Positions 37,783 to 49,400 of a stretch of 64,000 nucleotides of DNA are shown piece by piece. The translations under genes and the position numbers were made by a program. The DNA comes from Puccinia triticina (Eukaryota): NCBI GenBank assembly GCA_026914245.1, contig CP110439.1, forward strand, positions 6,014,001 through 6,078,000, in the 5' to 3' direction. Within the stretch, counting starts at the first letter, position 1. Every line of letters begins with the position of its first letter. The notes beneath the pieces were generated by a model. That model did not search any database. It had not been told where the DNA came from and saw only the letters and a program-made list of their open reading frames with translations.

Positions 37783-40700
37783 TGTAAGGACCTCTGTTAG
37801 GTCCTTCACTACAGTTCAATGGAGTATGATCCCAGAGGATCCAGTGGTGGTTTTGGGACTAGACAAGACCTTGTGTCTTGGAGAGAATTTCTAGAACCCA
37901 GCAGTATGAATTGCACAATCTAGCTCAGTAGAAGGAATCAGCTTTTTCTCTACTATGTACAATAAATGATGAAGGGAAGAAGAGGAACAAGATTGAGAAA
38001 GGGAAATGTGAGACATACCTAGCTCAGTAGAAGGAATCAGCTTTTTCTCTACTGAGCTAGGCCGGTGCGGAGGCGTCAAGTTTAAAAGGTCGCGGTGGTG
38101 GGTGCTGAGTAAGCGTCTGGGACTGTTCCGTGAACTCCGAGTCAGTGTGGTGGCGAGGGGCTTCACAGTCTCCCCCCCTATAAAAGAGGAGGAGTCAATT
38201 TGTCGGGAGGGCGAGGTTCAGGTGGATCTTCGTTGTCCGGGAAGATGTATTGTTTGAGTTTGGATATATGAAATACCGGGTGCCGTTTGTCTGAGTCCGG
38301 CAGTTTGAGCTCCGCGTTGAGGCCGTGATTGAATACTTTCTTGACCTGGTATGGACCTTCAAACCGTTCCTTCAATTTATCCATGCCGCTTTGATGTTTA
38401 CCTCTCCAGTCGGCGGAGTTGAGTAGCGCCCAATCATCCGGGAGTAATAGTGGTTGTTTACTTCGATGTTTGTTGTGTTGTCGGGCCTGTTTCACCCGAC
38501 TGGACCACAAGGCATCTTTGGCATTGGCCCAAGCGCCCTCTCGCAGTTTTAACCAAGTAGATAACGCGGCTGGGGAATCAGTCGTGCCTTCAATTGATGG
38601 GAAGAGGCCCGGAGGTCTGCCAAACAGTAGCTCGAAGGGGCTATACCCGGTTGACACGTTAACAGCTGAGTTGATCGCCAGTTCTACGGAGGGAAGGGCG
38701 TCCAGCCACTTTGATTGTTTTTTCGCCGTGAACAAACGCAGTATTTGGCCCACTGTTTTGTTGGTTCTTTCGCTGCGCCCGTCCGCTTGTGGGTGGAACA
38801 AGGTTGTCATGTGGAACCCAATGTTGAGTCGCAACATGAGTGCTTTCCAGAATTGGGATGTCCAGGCTTTGTCCCTGTCGCTGATGATAGATTTGGGTGC
38901 TGCAAATGTAGCCATCCAACCAGTGAACAATCTTGATGCTGTTTTCTCCGCTGTGTCTTTCTGCAGGACCGGTATGATCCGCGTGTAGCCCAATAGGCGA
39001 CACGTACACGTAAGGATCATGTCATAGTGAGCCGCGGATTTCAGTGGTCCTTCAGCGGTCCAACGAAGTCAATGGCTAGATCTGTAAGAGGCACTTGTGG
39101 GAAGCTGGGGGTTGCCATGTTTCCGGCAGGAGCAGTGGTCTGGGCTTTGGTGTGTTGGCAGGTAGGGCATGCTTGGACAAATTTTAGTACATCGTAGGTC
39201 ATGCGTGGCCAAAAAAAGTCTTGGCGCAGTTCTGTAAAGGTTTTCAGATGGCCCATGTGGCCCATTCGCTGGTGTGCTTCCTTCAGGAGCAAAAGTCGAA
39301 GCGCTCTGTCCGCAGGGATGACCAGACGCCCCCGTACAAAAAGAAATCCGTCTAATTCTGCGTAGTCGTTGTGTAAGGGTAGCGCTGATTGCATAGATTT
39401 GCAGAATTCATTGTTCTTGTATCCCATTAAAACCGCCTCCTTGATGCTGTCTGACAGTTCACTCAAGAATTCGGTGAGTGATGCTACACAGGCAACATCT
39501 GCGGAAGTGACTTCTTTGTCATCGGCTGGTGTGTCTTTCCGGGAAAGTGCATCCGCTACCGTGTTATCTTCACCCTTGATGTAATTGAAGTGTAGGTTGA
39601 AGTCTGCTAACAACTCTGTCCAACGCGCCTGCCATTTACTGAGATTTCGCTGTTTTGGGAGATGGATCAATGAGTGGTGATCCGTCATGACGTTTATCTT
39701 CATTCCCAACAGTAGCATCTTCCATTTTTGCAGGGCGTGGATCACGGCGAGCAATTCTTGTTCGTGGACAGGGTAGTTTTGCTCCGCGGCGGTCATGAGA
39801 TGTGATTCATAAGCTATGGGAGAGGCTTCTTTCCAGTTGGCCCCTTGAAAAAGCGCTGCCCCTAGTCCCGATCCACTCGCGTCCGTGAATAGCCAAAGGG
39901 GGTTGTTGGACTCGTAGTCGACATTCTTCAGGCATGGTAGCGAGGTCATCAGTTTCTTGATGTTGGCAAATGCTTGTTCTTCTTTCTCGCCCCACCAAAA
40001 GTCTCTTGGCTTCAGTTTTGTGCTTGTCAGTGGGGTGAGTGTCCCAACGTACTTTTGGAGCCCCCAGATGAACTTTTTCATCCATTGGACCGTGCCCAAA
40101 AACTTTTTGACCCCTTTTGGTGATTTGGGTGAGGTCCAGCTTTGTACCGCCTCGACCTTTTCGCCATTGGGTTGTATACCGTTGGGGGAGATGTAGTGTC
40201 CAAGAAATTTCACCTCATTACTGAAGAGGAAAGTTTTCTTTGGAGAACAGTAGAGATTGGCCGCTCTAATTCAACCAAGGACCGCTCGTACATCTGATTT
40301 GTGTTGCTCCGAGTTCTGGGAGTATACCACTATGTTGTCCAGGTAAACCACACAAATTTTGTTGATCAGGTCGCCAAGAGCCTCTTCCAGTCGGGCTTGA
40401 TGAGTGGCTGGAGCATTTGTCAGCCCCATTGTCATCACGCACCACTCCATAAGCCCCCAAGGTGTCTTAACTGCTGTCAGGGGAATGTTGGCCTCTCTCA
40501 TTCTCGTCTGGAAAAAAGCATTGGTCTGGTCAATGATCGAGAAAATTTTTCCTGACGCGACGATCCGAATAAGTTTGTCCACGTTTGGCAACAGTGCCCT
40601 ATCTTTCACCGTCAGGCTGTTGAGTCGGCGGTAATCACACACCCAGCGCGGCAGGGCGTCTGGGTCCTTTTTCGGTATGATCAGACTGGGCGACGCATAT

Positions 40701-41874
40701 TGGCTGTTTTATCTTCTGATCCGGCCCGCTTTGAGGTGCTGATCAATGAGTCTTTGCCACGCCTTTAAGTATTTATGCGGGTATGGGTACTGGCGCTCGT
40801 TGATAACGGCTGTCGGATCCGTCAGAATTATGCGGTGTCGAACCTGCAAGCTAGCGTTCTGAATTTTCTTTGGGAAGGTCCCATTGGTAAATAGGCCGGC
40901 TTCCTCAGCTTTGCCGGAGATTGCAGGGATGTCAGCCGGGAAGAGGTCTGCGAATTCTTCCAGGATCTTCTTCTCAGGCGATAAGGTCATAGGGGGGGCC
41001 AATGTGGCTATGGAATTTGAGTTGTCCAGCCAAAAGTCGTGTAGAAGGATCCCCGTACAAAGGCATTCCACGGCATTTTTCCGGCTGAGGACGGCAAGGT
41101 CAAACCGATGGAGGAATGGCATCCCCAGGATCATGTCATACTTGCCGTCAATCTGGCCTATGCGCAAGGGGACGTCTTCAAAGGAGAGACCCAAGTGTGC
41201 GTCGCAGAGGGTGGCATTCAGAAATCGTTGGATGACTACGCGATCCGCTGAGTTGCCGCGTAGTGTCATTCGGACCGCTATTGGTCTTGTCAAATTTTGT
41301 TCCTCAAGGTTGGCCGGCAGTGCTGTTTGGCCCTTCATGAGGTCCAGTTTGGAACTGGTGTCTATCATTGCTCGGACCGGGATTTTGCCCGATAGGAGTT
41401 CAAGAATAATACGGGCCGGTTGGCCCTGAGAGGAGGTTTCTGCCATTGCGCGAGTCAAAGGCAGCGGGAAGGGTTTGAGAAAAAAAAAGTGTAAGGACCT
41501 CTGTTAGGTCCTTCACTACAGTTCAATGGAGTATGATCCCAGAGGATCCAGTGGTGGTTTTGGGACTAGACAAGACCTTGAGTCTTGGAGAGAATTTCTA
41601 GAACCCAGCAGTATGAATTGCACAATCTAGCTCAGTAGAAGGAATCAGCTTTTTCTCTACTATGTACAATAAATGATGAAGGGAAGAAGAGGAACAAGAT
41701 TGAGAAAGGGAAATGTGAGACATACCTAGCTCAGTAGAAGGAATCAGCTTTTTCTCTACTGAGCTAGGCAGGTGCGGAGGCGTCGAGTTTAAAAGGTCGC
41801 GGTGGTGGTTGCTGAGTAAGCGTCCGGGACTGTTCCGTGAACTCCAAGTCAGTGTGGTGGCAAGGGGCTTCACA
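37783..41874 (-). mobile_element. Gypsy/Ty3 retrotransposon with both LTRs, pol only (PR-RT-RH-IN, no gag)
   Basis: 385-bp LTRs 37783-38167 and 41490-41874 (about 7 differences by eye). TSD GTAAA. PPT next to 38168. PR MIDTSS, RT YLDN, RH TDASG/ADALSR, IN SDRD/DGRSER/GPY. Two stops and an 11-bp duplication frameshift at ~39040. Confidence 0.95.
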
Positions 41875-43236
41875 GTAAACTTGTGGTTTACATGTTGCAA
41901 ACCTGTGGTTTATATCTGGTAAACTTGTGGTTTACATCTTGTGAGCTTGTGGTTGACATTGTGTGGTGCTCCATAGCACATCACCTGTGGTATCTTCCCT
42001 TTCTTATTTCCTCATAGTCATAGATATAATCATCAATAGCTACAAGATTATATAGTATCCTTTCACATATTCCCAAATGGTATTCCATATTCAGATTCCC
42101 CATCTCATTTTACCCCTACCTCCTCACTCACACTATACCCTAATTCCTCATTTTATCATAGTTATAGCCATTCATAGTTTGTACTGCCACTTCATCCCTC
42201 CAGAATTATTCCAAGTCATCACCTGCATAGTACAGAGTTACTTCTATTACTCTTCTTTCCTCATATATTACATACAGTACATACATATATTTCTACCACT
42301 TATTACACATAGTACATACACAAAATTCTTGCACTCTTCATTCAGTACAGTTCACATATCAAATATAAGAACATTTCCCATTGCCATCCTTCATCTTGTC
42401 TTTTTCACACCTGTTCATTCTTATTGGAGTACATCCTCACTTGGCACTCATTTTTCTTTCTTGTCAGTTATTGTGCTCCTCCTCCCTTCTCCCTATTGCA
42501 GAATCTCCCTTATATAAACCCCTCCTCAGATTTTGTATTCCCCCCATGCTGGTTTTATTATAGTTACCCCCCATAGTATTGCCTTCATCAGATGATTGGA
42601 GCCTTTTATCCCTCCATCATCACCATAGACTATTGATTATTTCTCCCCCCATATGTTTGGATATTGTATACTCCACTCAACAACATTGATTATTGCTTAT
42701 TGATTGAACCTCATCACCCACCTCATTGAATATCATATTGAACCTCATTGCTCCTCATATTGAACCTCATTGCTCCTCATACTGAACACCCAATTTCTCC
42801 TCAGATTGCACACCCTATTGCTCAACAATTTCCACATCATTCCATCCCTCTCACCTTAGTAGAAAGTAGTCATCTCATAGGTATTAGTCAGTCTGATATA
42901 AAGTAGAAATCCAGCCACACCTATTTCTTATTTTTTCTTAGTGTTACTCTCATACCCACCAGCATTAGTCAGGAAGGCAGCTCTTGTATCAGCATTCTTA
43001 GCATAACCCACATTAGTACTAGTGTAGTTAACCATTTGCCTTCCAAGCTCTATTCTCCCCTTTGAGTAATTCAACAGCGGCCTCCATTAATTCATGGCAC
43101 TTATCTGTTTCTGAGAAACGTTGGGTCCACCAGAGTGTTGATTTAACTTTGGGACAGTGGTTTGCCAATTGGTCAATGGGGGCAACCGGGGGACCAACAG
43201 GGAAACAGCCCATCTGCCCAGGGGGAGGGGCACTTA

Positions 43237-45611
43237 CACCAGGAAAAAAAAGTAGTCAGTTGATGACAACTGACATAACACAGCTCTGGTTTCAGCTCCA
43301 AAGCTACTCCATCTGCTAGTTCAGGGCTGGCTGGCAAACAGCTCAGTGCCCATTTTGGCACAGCTGAGGCCTCTAGCTTGCAATTTTCACAAGCTGCTCC
43401 TCAGCTTTGTCCCAGGCACAGCTGCTGCTCAGCCTTGGCCCATGCCCAGCTGCCCCTCAGTCTTGGCACAGGACAAGCCACTGCTCAGCCTTTGCCTGAG
43501 CAAGAACGGGTGTTGATAAACACACACCCATCCCCCGGAGGCACACCCTTGCCCATGCCCTTTGAAAAGGGCATGTGGGACCGCACGCCCTTTATCAAGG
43601 GTGTGCAAGTCAAAGGGCATGCACACCCCTGTATGGGCGTGCAAGGGCATGCACACCCCCACATGGGCGTTCACGGGCGTGCACCATGGCTTGTTGGGAG
43701 CCCCTCGGCGGGCAGGTGCAAGTATACCTGCTCGCCAAGAGCCCCTTGGCGGGCAGGTGCAAGTATACCTGCTCGCCGAGAGCCCCTTGGCAGGCAGGTG
43801 CAAGTATACCTGCTCTCCAAGAGCCTCTTGGCGGGCAGGTGCAAGTATACCTGCTTGCCAAGAGCCCCTCAGCGGGCAGTTAAAGATACCACCTCACCCT
43901 TGGAGAGCAGGTATACATGCACCTGCTCACCAAGAGCCTTGCCTGCTCACCAAGAAGGATAAATCTTGGCAAGCAGGTATACATACACCTGCCCGCCAAG
44001 CCTGCTCACCGAGAGCCCCTTGGCGGGCATGTCAGCCTTAGAGTCAACACAGCTGACCTAAAGTCTGCCTCTTTTCTACTTATTACATATGAAATTACTT
44101 CATATCTTTTTCATCTTAGGGGATATCCTTGTTTTGACTTCATATTCTGTTTCCTCATGCAATTTTAACCCTAGTTACAACTGACCAATTCTTTGTAACT
44201 ATACTCCTTCCCTGAGTTCTTGAGTTGTGGCGCGCATGCGCAGTTGTGACGTGTCAGCGCTACCAAGAGCGCCAAACCACATGTACATATGTAATTACAT
44301 AAGCAAACTGTGAAAATTTTTGAAGTCAGGATCCCCCTTGCCTGAGGAGGATCTACAGACTTCAGCACACCAGAACCACACCCCAGATAACCCAGGATCA
44401 CCACCAAAGAGACCACCATGCTCCCAGTATACCTACCGTCACAGGCGCCTAGGATACTGACAGTAAGTAGACTCTTTTCACTGAACCTTGCTTATCCAGA
44501 GTGAAACTCTATTGCTCTTGATTGTTTCTTCTTTTCTTCAACTCTTTCAATCTTAAAAGATCAAAAGGTTATCTCTGGTTAAGACCTACAAAACCAGAGC
44601 AGAGTAGTGACCCTACTTCTGAATCCCACCAACATTTCCCTGTTGTGAGTGGAGGCTGTTGCACTCTTTCTTGGCCTTGCACAGCTGGCATCCAACTTTT
44701 CCAGGTTGAGAATAGCCCAGATCAATTAATAAAGACTTAAAGTCTAGGCCTGATCTTCTCTTTCTCTCTCTTTCTCTTCCTCTCTTTCAGTTTGTATTTC
44801 TTTATCCCAAATGATCCAAACTATTCCCCCTCCTTTTCCTTGTGTCCTGCTGTCACATAAGAGACACAGGCTCACAGGGCAGGTGCATTTATACCTGCTC
44901 GCTGAGAGAAATCCTTGGCGAGCAGGCATACATATCCCACCTTGCAAAGAGCCTCTCGGCGAGCAGGTATACTTGCACCTGCCCGCCGAGGGGCTCTTGG
45001 CGAGCAGGCTCAACGGGCAGGTGCATGTATACCTGCTCACCAAGAGAAATCCTCGGCAAGCAGGCATAGACCTCTTGGCCAGCAGGCATACATATCTCCG
45101 CTTGCCAAGAGCCTTGCCTGCTTGCCAAGAAGGATAACTCTTGGCGAGCAGGTATACAAACACCTGCCTGCCAAGCCTGCTCGCCAAGAGCCCTTCGGCG
45201 GGCAGGTTCAAGTATACCTGCTTGCCAAGAGGCTCTTGGGGAGGTGGGATATGTATGCCTGCTCGCCAAGGATTTCTCTTGGCAAGCAGGTATAAATGCA
45301 CCTTCCCACCGAGGGGCTCTCGGTGAGCAGGTGTATGTATACCTGCTCGCCGAGAGGCTCTTGGCAAGGTGGGATCTGTATGCCTGCTTGCCAAGGATTT
45401 CCCTTGGCAAGCAGGTATAGATGCACCTGCCCGCCAAGGGGCTCTTGGTGAGCAGGCTTGGCAGGCAGGTACATGTATACCTGCTTGCCAAGAGGCTCTC
45501 GGCGAGGTGGGAGCTGTATGCCTGCTTGCCAAGGATTTCTCTTGGTAAGCAGGTATGCATGCACCTGCCCGCCGAGGGGCTCTTGGTGAGCAGGCTTGGC
45601 GGGCAGGTGTA
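43237..45611. mobile_element. CACC-terminus non-autonomous element (left end only) with 41-bp palindromic repeat array
   Basis: CACCAGGAAAAAAAAGTAGTCAGTTGATGACAACTGACAT matches the TIR of 24307. GCAGGTGCAAGTATACCTGC recurs at 43712, 43753, 43794 and 43835. No right TIR seen. Confidence 0.6.
44030..44876 (+). mobile_element. Solo LTR (847 bp)
   Basis: TG...CA termini, perfect TSD GGGCA. Confidence 0.9.
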
Positions 45612-46498
45612 CACCACCGCTTGAATTCAAATGGTGGTTGACGTGCGCCCCACGGCGCAGTTGGGGTCTGGTTGGCCCAGGGGGGCGCCAACCTGTGCGC
45701 CTCAAGTTTGACCGCGGGCGCGCAACCTGGTCAAGGATCAGTTGGGCCCCCTTTGGCCCTACCCATCCAGCTCCGCTGGCGCGCCAACTCAGCCAACATT
45801 GGCATGTTGGCTGAGGTGGGATTACCAGCCCGTCGGATGGGTTGGCCTTGGGTCATGCGGCCAACCCATCCCCGTTGGGGCCAGTGTGCCCGGAGAAGGC
45901 TGGTCAGCACACCGTGAGGCCAACCAGCATAACAGCTGGCAGTGCTCTGAGCCCGCCCGCTGCATTGAAGCAGCCACCAACGCACCCGACGCCTCACCGA
46001 CACAAGCACAAAAAAAATGTCACAGCCTAAGCGATCAAGCACCCCCAACGCCGGGGCCAGCTTCACGCGGCCAACAGCCAAGGACCAGGTTCACGCCGCT
46101 GTGGCTGACACCAAGGGGCCACCCCGCCGTCCTGCGCACAGAATCTCACCGGTATGTATCTTTTTTTACATCCACACTTCCATTCTAACCTCGCATCTCC
46201 TCCTTGTTTCAGACCAATACCTCCCCGCATCAAAATTTGCGACAAAGTCGTTGTATCTTCAATCAAAAGAACGGCTCCGGGAGCTTCAGAGTCTTGGCCA
46301 ACTACCTCAGCCTGGCAGAGCTGAAGAAAAACGCAACGGCCGAAGGATCCAAACAAACTTGCCATTAAGGCGTTCAGCCCCCACCGCAATTGTTTGAGTT
46401 GTTGGCCAACCAAGAACAAGCCAAAAAAAAACTGGTGTATTGATGTACAATGCAAAAATAATGTATCCTTAACTATGTAGCTGTACAACTTGTTTGCT

Positions 46499-49400
46499 TT
46501 ACATGAGATTTGGATCAACAGTTGAAGACAACGCCAAAGCTGTTGTCCTCTTCTTAGCTTTAGTCTTTTCCTTTTTCTCTGTAACTGAACACCATTTTTG
46601 AAGGCCATTGTGCATAGTTTCCACCCACTGGAGTGGCTCTAACGTCTGGATGGCAATATCCGAGATTTTCCTGTGAGCAGCCAACAACAAAAGCAAGGCA
46701 GCATTGATTATAAAGTTTTTGGTGTCTTTGTGCGTTAGTTCAAGAGTTTTTTTATTACTCTTTCTTCTCTCGACTATCGCTGTCCTTGTTGCTGTGAGCT
46801 TGCAATCAGCACGGCGGCAATTACGTTGAACATTCAGGCCGCTCGTAACGGCCTACAGGGTCCAAAGAGACATACATCAGTCTAAAAGCGTGTATAATTC
46901 AGCAAACCAAACTCAAGGGCACCAAAGATTTCACAAACAATCTTTTCGGGGTTCTTTGGATCTCCCTCATCTTGTAATCCAAGTTTTCGTCCCTTTTTTG
47001 AAATACTGTTGTGTGAATAAAGAAAGCGCGCAAATGGGAAGGCTTTTCGACAATCCAGATGGATTTAATGCGGCCAACGTGAGTTTGAGAGTTATCCAGC
47101 TGAGCTCCATTGAACTGTCAACAAATAAAAAGATTCAAACAAATCAATTTGAGTCTGGCAGGAATAAGAAATTCAATTGATAAATACCAAAATAAAATAA
47201 TCCTTCTTGAGAATTTGCTTCTTGGTGAGGTTCAATTCAGAGATTTGACTGATTTTGTGGCCAGGAAGTGAATTCTTCAAGTCTTGAGGAGTTTCTAACT
47301 TATCACTATCTAGTACTAACTGTTTCTTTATGGAGGGATAATTGGTATTTGGAAAGGATATAGAGTGATTATAGCCCAAAGTTTGCTGGATTAAGGGGTT
47401 ATTTTTAAATATATCTGTGACATGTTTGGAAGCTTGAATGAATTTTTGTTGTTTTTTGTCAAAAAAGAAACTAGCAGAGAAAATTTGGCAGAAAATGTGA
47501 TAACTGCTGAATGTAATAGCTATATCTTGACCAGGAATTTGGCGGTTGGAGTGAATTGAAGAATGTCTGAGAATATCATTATAGCTTTCAAATGATTCCG
47601 TCAAAACAAGACAAGGTGGACCAAAGAGGAGGATAGATTCCGGAAGATGAATTAACATATGGAATTTGGCTTTATTTACCCATGAGGCGGAATCTTCAAT
47701 GATTTGATTTAAGAATATACTAGAGTACAAGGCGGCTACGCCGCCGCAACCCCAGGGCGTCAACTCCACAGCCCACCGCCGGCCCAAGGCCCAAGCCCAG
47801 CGGCCAAAGGCACAAGGGCCAAGGTTGCCACCCGCGCAACGGACACCCCCGCAGGCTTTACGCTCATTTTAATCAGCCATCTGGCAATGCCCCGCAAATA
47901 TGCCCAAAATGACCGCAGGTACCCGCACCCGCCACGAGTACCCGGGTCCACTCAGCGATCTCTAATTGACAGTAAGTACCCTCTTTCACTGACCTTGTTT
48001 ATATCAGAGGAAACCCTGTTGCTCTTGACTTCTCTTCCCTTCTTCCAACCCTCAAAGATCAATCAGGTTATCTCTTGTTAAGACCTTAAAAACCAGAGCA
48101 GAGTAGAAACCCTACTTCTGATTCCCACCACCGTTTCCTTGGTGTGAGTGGAGACTGTTGCACTCTTTCAGCACAGTTGGCAGCCTACATTTCCAGTTAG
48201 AGCTTGGCCCATATTAAATCTTAATAAAAGATCATCTCTCTCTACTGCTTGTATTTCTTTATCCCAAAAAATTCAATCAGTGCCCACCCAACTTACTTTT
48301 GTCATGTTGTCACTTTAGAGACACAGGCTCACAGATATCAAGGTAAATACAAGCATGAGTGTTTTATAATTAGGGGGTTTCACAATTGAAATTTGTAGGA
48401 CACATTTTCAGGTATTCATGAACATTTTTTTCAAAAGTTGATTAATTGCATTGATTGATCAGTATCACCTGCTGCTTTCCATCTTACCAAAATTCTTGAA
48501 TTCTGGTCATATAGGTCTTAAATCTAGCTCCAAAGTTTTGTAAAATTTGACTGTGAATAACCTTCTTGTTTCACTGCCTGCATGTAAAGTACTGCTCAAA
48601 AGATACAAATTTTCAGATGTGCTACAGCCACATTGGTCTTTTTGTCATTCATCAAGTGTTGCAGAAACCTATCCTCACTTTTTCAGTGGAACCAGTTGTA
48701 ATTCACATTGACAGAAAATTCAGCAGCTTATAAAAATGAGCCTCCATTCCAGTCAAAATTCTGTCCAGTTTCAGGATTATTTTTTTCCCTTTTGTCTGAT
48801 GATTCATGATTGTTGGGCTGCAAATATATTGAGTCCAGGACTCAATTCACTTGACCTTTTACAATATTCAAAGTTTGTTTGACCTTAAAAGCTTCACAAA
48901 CAGCATAATTTCATGTTGGGGTAGGTCTGAGCTCAAGACTCAAGTTCAGCACCAAGTTGTACTCCCAATAAAACAAGATAGTTGGGGTTGTTGCATGAGC
49001 CCAATAACTTGGACACCACCGGCTGGGGCCATCAAATGGTCATGAGGCCTGGCACCACTGGCTTTGGAGGTGTCACCCTGGGATTGGCCCGCAGCTTCGG
49101 GAACTGGAAGATAAAGTAGCGCACCCCGTTGAGGCTGATGATGGGGGGGAAGTGTCTGAAGGCGCCGGCATGGGTGGTGCGAGCCTCGCCGCTGGCGCGC
49201 GGGCCGGAGACGCCAGCGGCGACGGGAATCGAAGGGCCGCGTGTGCGGGGCGAGTAGCACGGCTTGGACCCGCCGGGCTCATCTGATAAGGGCTTGCTGG
49301 ATGGTGGTGTGTCCAGAGAGACCAGGCCAGCGGGGAAGGTGCACGGACTGTCGGGGAGGTCCGGGTGGCTTGACTGGCCGCCACCGCCGCCTCCTTCGAA

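Noticed and set aside
41960..43030. Solo LTR
   Set aside because: LTR-like composition and a TATA motif, but no matching TSD or confident termini.
43378..45814. Many overlapping 100-315 aa ORFs
   Set aside because: Translations of the 41-bp repeat array. The same applies to ORFs at 18233-18785, 24456-25775, 30243-31123 and 34947-36925.
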